A stretch of DNA of 64,000 nt from Minisyncoccota bacterium (GCA_023137185.1 JAGLPS010000006.1:683-64682), one strand, 5' to 3'; shown: positions 44,120 through 54,652, counted from the stretch's first letter. The notes: generated by a model not told the origin, from the sequence alone. Numbers and translations are program-made.

Positions 44120-44377
44120 TTATTGGTTTTCCCGAGGACGAGCTTCGTTTACCGTCAAGTGGCGTCCGCCGAGATCAGAACCGTCAAGCATTTCGACAGC
44201 CTTTGACCCATCAGCATCCTCCACCATAGTAACAAAACCAAAACCTCGTGATCGTCCCGTCATTTTGTCCGTTATGATATCGGCTGACTCAACTGCTCCA
44301 GCTTTTGAAAAAGCTTCTTTGAGTTCGTCAGTTGTTGTGGAATACGGGAGACCTCCAACGTATAAACGTTTTCCCAT
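44120..44377 (-). CDS. RRM-domain RNA-binding protein
   Basis: 85 aa; RNP2 LYVGGL and RNP1 RGFGFVTM. Confidence 0.85.
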   Translation of the reverse strand: MGKRLYVGGLPYSTTTDELKEAFSKAGAVESADIITDKMTGRSRGFGFVTMVEDADGSKAVEMLDGSDLGGRHLTVNEARPRENQ

Positions 44378-44562
44378 TGTAAGAAATCTCTATTCTGCTA
44401 ACACGTATCGTCAAGCGACCTTCTCACAATGGCGCCAAACTTGCTTCCACAGGAGAACCTTACGATAACAAGGCTGATTATATATCAAACTAACAAAAAT
44501 GCAACGCGGTTTGAAGAGATTTTCCTTGTTTCAGTAAGCTCTTTCGGATAGAATGGTTAAAT

Positions 44563-45795
44563 ATGGGAAAAAAGAGCCTTTCAACAGAAAGCTACAAAGG
44601 AGTTCGGGATTTTTATCCGGAAGATATGTTTATAGAAAAATACATCTTTGGAAAAATACGGGAAACCGTGGAGAATTTTGGCTATGTTGAATATGGCGCT
44701 TCCCCTCTTGAAGAAAGTGAGTTGTACCGCCAAAAATCCGGGGAAGAAATTGTTAATGAGCAGACATATTCCTTTAAGGACCGCGGGGACAGAGACGTAA
44801 CCTTGCGACCCGAAATGACCCCTACAACCGCCCGTATGGTCGCAAAAAAAAGACGAGAGCTTGCCTTCCCTTTGCGATGGTATTCAATCACGAATATGTT
44901 CCGCTACGAGAGGCCTCAACGGGGGCGGCTTCGTGAACATTTTCAGCTTAATGTTGACCTATTCGGCGTTGAAGGAATAGAGGCGGAAATAGAAACAATA
45001 ACGCTTGCCTCAAAAATTCTAAAAGATTTTGGTTTAAAAGAAGAAAATTTTGAGATTCAAATTAATTCAAGAAAGCTTCTTGAAAAAGCTTACGAACCTA
45101 TATTGAAGAACAAGGAGCTATTTCCTGTAATGCTTCGCCTTTTGGATAAAAAAGAAAAAATGGGAGTTGATAAATTTGAGTTGGAATGGAAAAAACTCTT
45201 TAAAGAGCCATTTGAAGAAACAAAAAACTATGAATGTCCAGAGCTAAAAAGAATTTTGGAAATTCTCGACAAGCGAGGCATTAAGACAAAACTTAATCCC
45301 TATTTAGTGCGAGGTTTTGACTACTATACTGATATTGTTTTTGAGGTGTTTGACACTAACCCAGAAAATCGCCGTTCTCTTTTCGGCGGAGGCCGTTATG
45401 ACGAGCTGCTTTCTCTTTTCGGTGAGGAAAATATCCCTGCGGTTGGGTTTGGAATGGGAGACGTTACCCTTAAAAACACGCTGGAAACATATGACCTCCT
45501 ACCGCAATATGCTTCTTCTGTTGATATATATCTCTGCATTGTAGAAAAAGAATACACAGAAGCCGCGGACACGCTTGCCTCATCTCTTCGTGAAAAAGGG
45601 CTTAACGTGGCCGTCAATTATACATATCGCAAAATCGGAGACCAGATAAAAAATGCGAACAAAGAGGGAGCTCCTTATGTTGTATGCGTCGGGAAAAAAG
45701 AAGCGGAAACTCTCCGTTTTGAACTAAAGGAACTCTCCACCGGAAAAATAGAGGAACTCTCCACGGAAAAAATTCCCGATGCGATACAAAAATGA
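44563..45795 (+). CDS. hisS: Histidine--tRNA ligase
   Basis: 410 aa; class II aaRS motifs, GVRDFYPED, RPEMTPTTARMV, anticodon-binding C-terminal domain. Confidence 0.9.
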   Translation: MGKKSLSTESYKGVRDFYPEDMFIEKYIFGKIRETVENFGYVEYGASPLEESELYRQKSGEEIVNEQTYSFKDRGDRDVTLRPEMTPTTARMVAKKRRELAFPLRWYSITNMFRYERPQRGRLREHFQLNVDLFGVEGIEAEIETITLASKILKDFGLKEENFEIQINSRKLLEKAYEPILKNKELFPVMLRLLDKKEKMGVDKFELEWKKLFKEPFEETKNYECPELKRILEILDKRGIKTKLNPYLVRGFDYYTDIVFEVFDTNPENRRSLFGGGRYDELLSLFGEENIPAVGFGMGDVTLKNTLETYDLLPQYASSVDIYLCIVEKEYTEAADTLASSLREKGLNVAVNYTYRKIGDQIKNANKEGAPYVVCVGKKEAETLRFELKELSTGKIEELSTEKIPDAIQK

Positions 45796-45822
45796 GTCCC
45801 GTAGTAGAATTTTAGCTCGATT

Positions 45823-46101
45823 ATGTTCTACATTTATGTGTTAAAGAGTATGGAAAGTAATGAACTCTATGTGGGTTACACTTCCAACTTAAAACAAAGA
45901 TTGGTAGAACATAATCAAGGATTAAATCTTTCAACCAAACGATATATGCCTTGGGAAATCATTTACTACGAGGCGTGTTTAAACAAAAAAGATGCGATCG
46001 GACGAGAAAATTATTTAAAAACAACACAAGGTGGCAGGATGTTGAAACGTAGGTTGAAAGAATTTTTTTATGAAGAAAAGTCGAAAGATTTAATAAGCTA
46101 A
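45823..46101 (+). CDS. GIY-YIG nuclease family protein
   Basis: 92 aa; YIYVLKS...LYVGYTSNLKQRLVEHN. Confidence 0.7.
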   Translation: MFYIYVLKSMESNELYVGYTSNLKQRLVEHNQGLNLSTKRYMPWEIIYYEACLNKKDAIGRENYLKTTQGGRMLKRRLKEFFYEEKSKDLIS

Positions 46102-46115
46102 AATTTCACTACAGG

Positions 46116-46691
46116 ATGAGAAAAATAGTCTTTGATATCGAAACCAGTAATATATTTCAGGATGTCGGAACAAATAACCCGGCGGATTTGTCTTTGTCTC
46201 TCCTTGCCATACACGATTCAGAGACAGACACTTACTCATCATTTGTTGAAGAAGAACTTTCAGAATTGTGGCCAATTTTAGAAAAAGCCGATGTGCTTAT
46301 CGGATACAATTCCGACCATTTTGATATCCCTCTTTTGAATAAATATTATTCAGGCGATCTAACAAAAATAAAAAGCCTCGACATTTTGGGAGAAATTAGA
46401 AAATCAATTGGAAAAAGAGTGCGGCTAGACCAAGTTGCTCAAGGAACATTAGGTACGCGAAAAAGCGGAAACGGATTGGAAGCGCTTGAATGGTGGAAAA
46501 AAGGAGAAATTGATAAAGTCCGCTCGTATTGTGTTAACGACGTAAAAATAACTAAGGAGTTACACGAATACGCCTTAAAAAACGGGAAGCTCCTGTACAA
46601 GGAAGGTCCCGCGCTTGTGGAAATCAAGCTTGACACATCCAATTGGGAAGAAAAAAAAGAGGGTTCTCTCCCCCAAAGTCTCCCGTTCTAG
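46116..46691 (+). CDS. DEDDh 3'-5' exonuclease (DnaQ/RNase T-like)
   Basis: 191 aa; Exo I VFDIETS, Exo II YNSDHFDIPLL, Exo III YCVNDV. Confidence 0.65.
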   Translation: MRKIVFDIETSNIFQDVGTNNPADLSLSLLAIHDSETDTYSSFVEEELSELWPILEKADVLIGYNSDHFDIPLLNKYYSGDLTKIKSLDILGEIRKSIGKRVRLDQVAQGTLGTRKSGNGLEALEWWKKGEIDKVRSYCVNDVKITKELHEYALKNGKLLYKEGPALVEIKLDTSNWEEKKEGSLPQSLPF

Positions 46692-46754
46692 AATACTAAC
46701 CTTACAACAAACACCCATACCTGTTTTGACATAGAGTATTTTATCGTTTATATA

Positions 46755-46862
46755 CTCGGAAGCTCTTGGAAGCGGAGCTTCCAAGAGCTTCCGAGTAACA
46801 AGTAAAAACATATTACACCACATTTTGAGGCTCCCATTTGGAAGCCGAGCTTCCAAGTTGGC
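46755..46862 (-). repeat. P1 repeat family copy 6, including a perfect 19+3+19 palindrome ctcggaagctcttggaagc-gga-gcttccaagagcttccgag
   Basis: attacaccacatttt...tttggaagccgagcttccaag. Confidence 0.6.
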
Positions 46863-46974
46863 GAAGATTGTTAAACTCGCGTAAAAAAATTTGACAAAAA
46901 AGAATACCTATGCCAATCTTGTGGAAGATAAAAGATAATCTGGCTCTTTAAAACCATTAAAAAGGAGAGTTGCG

Positions 46975-47421
46975 ATGGATACTGTAATTGATAATTTGGA
47001 TACTTTAAATCTGGATTTAAAAGATGAGAAAACGGTAAAATACCTGATTGGACGCTGTAAGTCAGTGGAAGATTTCAAGAAGCTGAATGATCAAACTTTA
47101 CCTGGTTCAGAGGCCAAGAAAAAGGTCAGGAAGGCGTGGGGTGAGTTCATTCTGCCTGAAATTGAAAAACGAATCTCAAATTGCAAGTCAGTGGAGAGCC
47201 TTGAGAGGCTAGAAAGCCAAACTCCATCTGGTTCAGAAGCCCAGAAAAAAATCAGGGAGGCGCGGGAAAAGTTCATTACCATGCAAATCTCAAATTGCAA
47301 GTTGGTGGAGAATTTTAAGAGGCTGATTGATCAAACTTCACCTGGTTCAGAAGCCTGGAGAAAAGTCAGGGAGGCGTGGCAAACATTCGTAAAATCTGAA
47401 ATTCAGGAAACTATCGTTTAG
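46975..47421 (+). CDS. Repeat protein paralog A (three ~37-aa repeats ISNCKSVEDFKKL-DQT-PGSEA-KKVR-AW-EFI-PEIEKR)
   Basis: 148 aa; conserved ~90-nt upstream region with TTGACA and aaaaggagag SD; conserved terminator 47441-47477. Confidence 0.5.
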   Translation: MDTVIDNLDTLNLDLKDEKTVKYLIGRCKSVEDFKKLNDQTLPGSEAKKKVRKAWGEFILPEIEKRISNCKSVESLERLESQTPSGSEAQKKIREAREKFITMQISNCKLVENFKRLIDQTSPGSEAWRKVREAWQTFVKSEIQETIV

Positions 47422-47523
47422 ACTCTTAATTAAAACTTGAAAGCGGGCAAGGATGTAATTCTGCCCGCTTTTTTTGACGAAAAGATTTGATGAAAAGACC
47501 TCTCCCCACCTAAATCTTTCCCA

Positions 47524-47571
47524 TCCTTTCTTTCTCTAACCTAATCTCTAATTCGCGCGAATTAGAGATTA
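47524..47571. repeat. Near-perfect 48-nt palindrome ctaatctctaattcgcgcgaattagagattag with flanks, tail of the paralog cassette (copy also at 54468-54505)
   Basis: seen directly. Confidence 0.6.
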
Positions 47572-47699
47572 GATTAGAGAGTTGCTATCAATGTTTTTTG
47601 TTATTGGAAGCGGCCAGAATACCCCGTCCGCTTGCGGCGGGGATGAATGGTCGCGCAGTAATCTGGGCGAGCGAAGCTCGCTCCTATCTAACAAAGTTT

Positions 47700-47745
47700 C
47701 CCCGATACCGTCCACGAATACCCCGCGGCAAGCCGCGGGGTATTC
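47700..47745. repeat. 20-bp-stem hairpin cgtccacgaataccccgcggc-aa-gccgcggggtattcgtggacg
   Basis: related to 36344-36373. Confidence 0.55.
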
Positions 47746-47760
47746 GTGGACGGCAAACTT

Positions 47761-47798
47761 TTATATCGAGGTTTATATCGAGGTTGAACCTCGATAAT
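47761..47798. repeat. P2 palindrome family copy c (tatatcgaggtt x2 - g - aacctcgata)
   Basis: core atcgaggtt-N-aacctcgat shared with 15630-15664, 16999-17043 and 54553-54599. Confidence 0.55.
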
Positions 47799-47868
47799 AG
47801 GACAGCTCCCTCTTCCGCATAGGTCTATATTTTGACAAATAGGATATATCCGCGAATTGGTTTGCTTG

Positions 47869-48696
47869 TCAAAATAATGTAACAATAATCACTAGCGCCG
47901 CGAGCATAATTCGGTAAACGATAAAAGGTATCAGAGAGTGCGTTTTTAGAAAACGAATTAGAAAACGAATCGCGCACAAACCGCTCACAAGCGCGACAAA
48001 AAATCCGACAAGACTGGGAACAAACGCTGAAGTGGCAAATAATACGTCCGAAAATTTAATTACTTTGTACAAACCGGCAGCGGTAATTATCGGAAAAGAA
48101 AGAAGGAAGCTAAAACGAACCGCTTCTTCTCGTGAGAGTCCCGTAATGAGCCCACCAGAAATCGTTGAACCTGAACGAGAAACACCGGGAATAAGAGCAA
48201 GCGCCTGATAGAAACCGATGACAAACCCTTTTTTGTTTGAGAGAGATTCTTTTTCGGTACTTTTTTTCTCGGCATACCCAAAAAGCACACTTCCTAAAAT
48301 CAAAGCAGTGGCAACCAAAAGCGGGTTGCGAAAAGAAGTTTCAATAACCGAATTAAACGCAAACCCAAGCACTGCCGCCGGAATAGTACCGATAGCTATG
48401 GCGGTTATAAGAGTCTTTTCTTGAGGTACAACTGACTCTGGACGTGTAATAAGGCGAAAAGCTGAAGCTGCCATACGAATAATATCTTTTCTGAAATATA
48501 AAAATACAGCAAGAACGGTCGCGAGATGTAAAAAAATGTCGTATGTAAGGCCATTTGGAATATTCATACCTAACACATCGCGCACAAGTATAAGATGCCC
48601 TGTTGAAGAGACAGGGAGAAATTCCGTAAATCCTTGAATAACGCCAAGAAAAGCCGCTTGTAGTATCTCCATACAAATTTTAGCATACCATATCAA
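47869..48696 (-). CDS. uppP: Undecaprenyl-diphosphate phosphatase
   Basis: 275 aa; QGFTEFLPVSSTGHLIL and PGVSRSGSTI motifs. Confidence 0.9.
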   Translation of the reverse strand: MIWYAKICMEILQAAFLGVIQGFTEFLPVSSTGHLILVRDVLGMNIPNGLTYDIFLHLATVLAVFLYFRKDIIRMAASAFRLITRPESVVPQEKTLITAIAIGTIPAAVLGFAFNSVIETSFRNPLLVATALILGSVLFGYAEKKSTEKESLSNKKGFVIGFYQALALIPGVSRSGSTISGGLITGLSREEAVRFSFLLSFPIITAAGLYKVIKFSDVLFATSAFVPSLVGFFVALVSGLCAIRFLIRFLKTHSLIPFIVYRIMLAALVIIVTLF

Positions 48697-48781
48697 AGGC
48701 TAGCGAGGGTCTTTTGGCTATGCTAAAATGGGAAACCTGACGTATTGTTCAAAATTATTATTAACATAAATTTCTAACAGA

Positions 48782-49558
48782 ATGGATAATAAATTCACTA
48801 TACCTGGCGCAATAGTAATCGCGGGAGTATTGATTGCCGGAGCTATTTTACTCACTACCAATAAGGGCACTGAAAGTTCTTCAATTACTACGACAAAAGA
48901 AACAGACGAGACTGCCATTGCTGTTCGCGAGGTAAATTCACAGGACCACATATTGGGAAACCCCTCCGCAGACGCGATAGTTATTGAATTTTCTGATACG
49001 GAATGTCCATTCTGTGTGCAATTCCACACTACAATGCATACCGTAATGGATAATCTCGGAAAAGATGGAAAAGTTGCATGGGTATACCGTCATTTTCCTA
49101 TTCCACAATTGCATCCAAACGCGCCGAAAGAAGCAGAAGCGCTTGAGTGCGCCGCAGAACTTGGAGGAAATGAAAAATTCTGGGAATATACCGACACAAT
49201 TTATCGCATTACTCCGTCAAACAACGGACTCGACCTCGCGGAACTTCCCAAAATTGCCAAGACGATTGGTTTAGATACCACTCAATTTCAAGACTGCCTT
49301 GAAAGCGGAAAACACGCCGAAAGAGTACAGAGGGATTATCAGGATGCTATGACTGCGGGCGGAACAGGAAGTCCATTTTCAGTAATCATCTTGAAACAAA
49401 AACTCTCCCCCGCGTCCAAAAACACACTTGACTCAGTCGCCTCACAGCTTCCGAACAAGCTTCTTATCATCTCCTCCGACCAAAAGAGAATCTCAATAAG
49501 CGGCGCGCTTCCATACGAAATTTTTAGTGAGATTCTTAATGTAGCGCTCACTCGTTAG
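48782..49558 (+). CDS. Membrane-anchored DsbA-like thiol-disulfide oxidoreductase
   Basis: 258 aa; N-terminal TM; thioredoxin CPFC active site in DTECPFCVQFH. Confidence 0.7.
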   Translation: MDNKFTIPGAIVIAGVLIAGAILLTTNKGTESSSITTTKETDETAIAVREVNSQDHILGNPSADAIVIEFSDTECPFCVQFHTTMHTVMDNLGKDGKVAWVYRHFPIPQLHPNAPKEAEALECAAELGGNEKFWEYTDTIYRITPSNNGLDLAELPKIAKTIGLDTTQFQDCLESGKHAERVQRDYQDAMTAGGTGSPFSVIILKQKLSPASKNTLDSVASQLPNKLLIISSDQKRISISGALPYEIFSEILNVALTR

Positions 49559-52500
49559 TATTCTTTAAGAATATCCTCTTCAAAATCAATTATTCCTTGC
49601 AGGTTCTTTTTGTAGTGGCTTATGTCAGGAAATTCAAGACACATAATTTTTTTGTATACCGCGCTGATAAGCGCTTTTGTCCTTTGGAACAATTCATCAT
49701 CTATTTCAAGAGAAAGTTCTTGAAACGTATTGCGTGACGGTTCCAAAAATTCAATAACTCCATTCCGCACTGAATAGTTGTGAAAATCCCGCGATTTCTC
49801 AACAAGAATTTTATAGAACGCAAGCTGGCGAGCGTATCCTCGTAGACGCAATTTTTCATAAACCGTTGTTCCTTTCCAATCGGAGTAGACCCGCCCTGTT
49901 TTAAAGTCGTGCACAATTATTTCTTTATTGGAAACAATCATTTTGTCTATTTTTCCGGAAAGCGGCACGTCATTTTCAACTACTCCTTGCCGTCTGAAAT
50001 TCACTTCTATAAGATGGTCGGAGTGAAATTTTTCTTTTTTGCGCGCGTAAAAAAGTGTAAGCGCTTTTTCGCCTCGTTGCTGTTCAATTCTAAAATCACG
50101 CGCGGAGAGACGTTCAGCAGAAAGAGCTTTCGTAAAAAAAGTGATGAATTTTTTAAGAGTGGGAATTTTTCCGTTTTTCCTTAAACTCCGATACAGTATT
50201 TCAACAGCTTTATGCATCGCCGTACCAAAAGCATTAGATGGAGTTTTCGCCTGCGGGAAACGCAACAGGTTTTGTTCAAGGAAAAATTGAGGGCCGCCAT
50301 GAAAGATATTAAGATAGTTATTCAAATGAGTGACACTCATCGTGTAATTTTCCAAAAGCGGCTTCAAAAGAGCTTTCTCGTCTTTGACAAAGACAGGCTG
50401 ATAAAATCTTTCTGGAGGACTAATTTGCCCTCCTTGTATCGCGCGTATGGAGGAGACGGAAAATGAAGAAGAAAGGAAACCAAGCGGAAACGTTTCTCTT
50501 CCGCGACTGTCGAAAGTGTGAGAGCAGAGATAGAGCATTCTTTTCGCGCGCGTCATCGCGACATAAAACAGGCGGATATAATCGTCATCGCTATCGGGAG
50601 ACGGAACTATTGAGAGATTTTTAGGAAAAGAAATCTTAAGTGCTCTTTCTTTTCCCGCCCATACCGACTCAAGGCAGTGAAGAACAAATACCGCTTCAAA
50701 CTCAAGCCCCTTTGCCTTGTGAGCAGTAAGAAGGGTAACCGCGTCTTTTCCCGTTACAAAAGGACTCTTGTCAGTAAGAATAATTCCGTTTTTCTGATGA
50801 AGGTCAACAAAAGAAATCAGGTCGTCAATTTTCAAAGGCAGTCCTTTTTTGTGTTCTCGCAGGGCGTCAATAAATACTCGGAGGCTTGAAAGGAAGACAA
50901 GATATTCAGCCCGATGTTCGGAAAACTTTTGAGAAGAAAAATAGTATTCTCTGAAAGGACTTGTAAATTTTTTTGTTTTTTTAGCCCGTAGGGGTTTTTC
51001 ATCGGCAGATTTTGGCAAAAGGGAGATATGAGAGCCAATTAGATCGTCGAGAATATATTCGAGCGGTTCTGAAAGAGAACGAACTGCGATATTAAGAAGA
51101 AACCGCGCGACTTCCTGAACTTTCGCGTTACGCGAGGCACGCATCACTTCAAGCCAGCGTTTCTCCTCTTTGTAAGCAGTAAGTGAAATTTCCCATATAG
51201 TTTCCCTTTGAATCCCCCAGAATGGGAAACTTAAAATTTCCGGAAGCAAATTATCCGCTTCTTGTATATTATTGCGTCCCACTGATGAAAGAAAGCGGGC
51301 AATGGTTATGAGCTCTTTAATATGGCGTTCCTTCAAGACATCTTGTTGGCGTTCATAGCTAACAGGAATTTTTCGGGCATATAGATACGGAGCAAGACGT
51401 TCAAGAAAAACGTGCTTCCGCCCGATAACAGCTATATTTTTAAAGGGCGTTCCTTTTGCGGAAAGACGCTGTATTTCTTCGGCAACAAATGTATACTCCT
51501 CCGCGCTTCCTTCAAATGCGGAGTACGCGATTTTTCCTTTTGCGGACGTAGAAGAAATAAGTGCTTTACTAATTGACGGAATTATATTTTCGAGCCGTTC
51601 TTCCCCTTTCTTGATAACAGAAAGGGACGCGTCAAGAATATCCGGAGTTGAACGATAATTGAGCATTAACGTAATAATACGGGGGTCGCGGACACTCCCA
51701 ATAAAACGAACAAAATTTCCCATTTCCGCTCCTTGAAATTTAAAAATTGCCTGGTCATCATCTCCTACCACCATCACATTAGGTCTTCCTTCGTTAACCG
51801 GCGCGTCAATCAAAAGAGAAAGAAGCCTCATTTGGGCATCGTTCGTATCTTGAAATTCATCTACAAGAATATACTGATATGTTTCCTGCAATTCAGAAAG
51901 AAGCGACTGATTTTTTGTAAACGCCGAGATCGTCTGGAGAAGCATATCATCAAAGTCATAGTAACCATTACAGTACATCTTTTCATTGTAATCGCGATAT
52001 ACCTCCTGCAAAGCGTAGAGTATGGGTAATGAGAGAAAGTTTTTTAGCACTCGTTTTTCCTCTTTATCCTTGCTTGTCCATGAACTTTTCCACGCGGATA
52101 GCGCTTGCGTACCGCTATGTTCCGCTTCGGCTAACGCTTTTGCAAGTGAGTGAAAAAACACATATTCATACAGAGGAACTTTTCCAAGCCCGAAATCGCG
52201 TGTCTTTTTAAAAGGAGGGATGTGTTTTTTAAGATAACTGATGTCTTTCTTAGTAATACGAGCAGAAAGATGTTTTGTTAAAAAATTATTGATTTTTTTA
52301 AAAGACTTCTCATTTTCCGAAAGTAAAACTTTAAAATCTTCCGGGGTCAAGCCTGCTTTTTTTAAATAACCAATGGCCGAATGTACCGCTGGAAGATAAA
52401 TATAACCCTGTTCGGGGTGTTCTTTTTTAATGGGGTTGTCGCGAGAAAGATTATCAAAAAGAGTTTGAAGAACTTCGCGCTGAACAATTACATCTGCCGG

Positions 52501-52980
52501 AGAAAGGTTCGCGCCATCATAAAAATATTCAGGGAAACGCTCAATTATATCCACACTAAAATTATGGAACGTATGAATCGGCACGCGATACGCGCTGTCT
52601 CCGATAAGCCCATATAAACGCTTGCGCATCGCAACAGCTCCAGAATCAGTAAAGGTAAGACAAAGCACATTTTGCGGTCGCGCGTCAGTGGAGCAAATAA
52701 TATTCGCAACCCGTAGACTTAAAAGCTCCGTCTTTCCGCTTCCAGGTCCCGCAATCACAACGACAGGTCCTTCTATTGCGTTGACTGCCTCTTTTTGAGC
52801 TTTGTTGAGAGCTAAAAATCGCTTTTTAAATTTGGTCTCAAAGGAAGAGGGCATTTGAGAGTGATTATACCTTTCGTAGACAGATTGGCATACCCCCACA
52901 CCTGTCTTGACACAGTATCTTGTCGTTTCTGTACTTGGAATCGCCAACTTGGAAGCTCGGCTTCCAAGTTGGCGATTCAA
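49555..52980 (-). CDS. UvrD/PcrA-family helicase with C-terminal PD-(D/E)xK (RecB/AddA-like) nuclease domain; true start probably about 52860 (MPSSFETKF...)
   Basis: 1141 aa; helicase motif I AGPGSGKTE, motif II VDEFQDT, and a C-terminal ...VHDFKTG...Y..QLAFYKIL nuclease-like region. Confidence 0.75.
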   Translation of the reverse strand: MNRQLGSRASKLAIPSTETTRYCVKTGVGVCQSVYERYNHSQMPSSFETKFKKRFLALNKAQKEAVNAIEGPVVVIAGPGSGKTELLSLRVANIICSTDARPQNVLCLTFTDSGAVAMRKRLYGLIGDSAYRVPIHTFHNFSVDIIERFPEYFYDGANLSPADVIVQREVLQTLFDNLSRDNPIKKEHPEQGYIYLPAVHSAIGYLKKAGLTPEDFKVLLSENEKSFKKINNFLTKHLSARITKKDISYLKKHIPPFKKTRDFGLGKVPLYEYVFFHSLAKALAEAEHSGTQALSAWKSSWTSKDKEEKRVLKNFLSLPILYALQEVYRDYNEKMYCNGYYDFDDMLLQTISAFTKNQSLLSELQETYQYILVDEFQDTNDAQMRLLSLLIDAPVNEGRPNVMVVGDDDQAIFKFQGAEMGNFVRFIGSVRDPRIITLMLNYRSTPDILDASLSVIKKGEERLENIIPSISKALISSTSAKGKIAYSAFEGSAEEYTFVAEEIQRLSAKGTPFKNIAVIGRKHVFLERLAPYLYARKIPVSYERQQDVLKERHIKELITIARFLSSVGRNNIQEADNLLPEILSFPFWGIQRETIWEISLTAYKEEKRWLEVMRASRNAKVQEVARFLLNIAVRSLSEPLEYILDDLIGSHISLLPKSADEKPLRAKKTKKFTSPFREYYFSSQKFSEHRAEYLVFLSSLRVFIDALREHKKGLPLKIDDLISFVDLHQKNGIILTDKSPFVTGKDAVTLLTAHKAKGLEFEAVFVLHCLESVWAGKERALKISFPKNLSIVPSPDSDDDYIRLFYVAMTRAKRMLYLCSHTFDSRGRETFPLGFLSSSFSVSSIRAIQGGQISPPERFYQPVFVKDEKALLKPLLENYTMSVTHLNNYLNIFHGGPQFFLEQNLLRFPQAKTPSNAFGTAMHKAVEILYRSLRKNGKIPTLKKFITFFTKALSAERLSARDFRIEQQRGEKALTLFYARKKEKFHSDHLIEVNFRRQGVVENDVPLSGKIDKMIVSNKEIIVHDFKTGRVYSDWKGTTVYEKLRLRGYARQLAFYKILVEKSRDFHNYSVRNGVIEFLEPSRNTFQELSLEIDDELFQRTKALISAVYKKIMCLEFPDISHYKKNLQGIIDFEEDILKEY
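52933..52978. repeat. P1 repeat family copy 7 (extended perfect palindrome gaatcgccaacttggaagctcggcttccaagttggcgattc)
   Basis: seen directly. Confidence 0.6.
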
Positions 52981-53055
52981 GTTAAAAATTTGACAAAAAG
53001 GATATCTATGCTATTTTTGTGGAAGATAAATAATAATCAAGTCCTTTAAAAACCA

Positions 53056-53540
53056 TTGAAAAGGAGAGTCGCGATGGATACTGTAATTGGTAATTTGGAT
53101 ACTTTGAATCTGGATTTAGAAGATGAGAAAACGATAAAATACCTGATTGGACGTTGTAAGTCAGAGGAGGATTTTAGGAGACTGGATGGGCAAACTCCGT
53201 CTGGTTCAGAAGCCGAGAAAAAAGTCAGGGAGGCGTGGGATGAGTTCATTCTGCCTGAAATTGAGGAGCGAATCTCAAATTGTAAGTCAGTAGAGGATTT
53301 CAAGGAGCTAGATAGACAAACTCCATCTGGTTTAGAAGCTGAGAGAAAAGTAAGGGAGGCAAGGGAAAAGTTCTTTCTGCTTGAAATTGAAAACTGCTTG
53401 AACTTGAAAAGAAAATCTCAAATTGCAAGTCAGTGGAGGACTTTGAGAGGCTAGAAAGCCAAACTCCGCTTAATCCAGAAGCCAGGAAAAAGGTCAGGGA
53501 GGCGTGGCAAGCATTCGTAAAATCTGAAATTCAGAAAACC
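53056..53540 (+). pseudogene. Repeat protein paralog B, disrupted by a 17-nt insertion/duplication (ctgcttgaacttgaaaa) near 53394 causing a frameshift
   Basis: ORF 53056-53454 terminates early; the downstream frame encodes the conserved C-terminus ...KISNCKSVEDFERLESQTPLNPEARKKVREAWQAFVKSEIQKTIV. Confidence 0.5.
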
Positions 53541-53670
53541 ATCGTTTAGACTCTTAATTAAAACTCAAAAGCGGGCAAGGATATAATCCTGCCCGCTTTT
53601 TATAATCAGAAAACTTTGCAGGTCAAGACAAGAAAGCACTTCGTTTTGGACACTGAGTGTCCAAAAACCC

Positions 53671-53720
53671 AAATTACACCACACTTGGAAGTTGAGCTTC
53701 CAAGTTGGTCGCTTCCAAGA
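53671..53720 (-). repeat. P1 repeat family copy 8
   Basis: attacaccacacttggaagttgagcttccaagttgg. Confidence 0.55.
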
Positions 53721-53832
53721 GCGTAATTGATTTCATAAGAAATGCTTAATTGAAACACAATTTAACTAAATATAAATTGAAATTGAACTCACGGAAAAAA
53801 GGTTTGACAAAAAGGATATCTATGCTATTTTT

Positions 53833-54351
53833 GTGGAAGATAAAGAACACTCAAGCTCTTTAAAACTACTAAAAAGGAGAGTCGCGATGGATATTGTAGT
53901 TGGGAATTTGGATACTTTGAATCTGGATTTAAAAGATGAGAAAACGATAAAATACCTGATTGGGCGTTGCAAGTCAGTAGAAGATTTCAAGAGGCTGGAT
54001 AGTCAAATTCCGCTTTGGTCAGAAGCCAGAAAAAAAGTCAGGGAGGCGCGGGATGAGTTTGTTAGCAAATTGCCTGAAATTGAAGAACGAATCTCAAATT
54101 GCAAGTCAGTGGAGGACTTTGAGAGACTAGAAAGCCAAACTCAATTTGGTTCAGAAGCTGAGAAAAAGGTCAGGGAGGCGTGGAATAAGTTCATTCTGCC
54201 TGAAATTGAAAAGAAAATCTTAAATTGCAAGTCAGTGGAAGATTTCAGGAGGCTGGATAGCCAAACTCCACTTTGGTTAGAAGCTTGGAGAAAAGTCAGG
54301 GAGGCGTGGCGAACATTCGTAAAATCTGAAATTCAGAAAACCATCGTTTAG
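53833..54351 (+). CDS. Repeat protein paralog C (four repeats)
   Basis: 172 aa; the same promoter/RBS, terminator (54371-54407) and palindromic tail as paralog A. Confidence 0.5.
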   Translation: MEDKEHSSSLKLLKRRVAMDIVVGNLDTLNLDLKDEKTIKYLIGRCKSVEDFKRLDSQIPLWSEARKKVREARDEFVSKLPEIEERISNCKSVEDFERLESQTQFGSEAEKKVREAWNKFILPEIEKKILNCKSVEDFRRLDSQTPLWLEAWRKVREAWRTFVKSEIQKTIV

Positions 54352-54552
54352 ACTCTTAACTAAAACTTGAAAGCGGGCAAGGATGTAATCCTGCCCGCTT
54401 TTTTTTGACGAAAAGATTTGATGAAAAGACCTCTCCGTCCAAATCTTTTCTACCCTTTCTTTCTCTAATCTCTAATTCGCGCGAATAGGAGAATAGATTA
54501 GAGAGTTGCTATCAATGTTTTTTTGTTGTTAGTTAAGTGTTATAAGTTTTTT

Positions 54553-54599
54553 TATTATCGAGTATTATCGAGGTTCAACCTCGATAATACTCGATAATA
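54553..54599. repeat. P2 palindrome family copy d (47-nt near-perfect palindrome tattatcgagtattatcgaggtt-c-aacctcgataatactcgataata)
   Basis: seen directly, between convergent genes. Confidence 0.55.
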
Positions 54600-54652
54600 C
54601 AATAATTAGTTAGATGGATAAGGTTTTTGCATTCCTAATTTCTTTCTAATTT

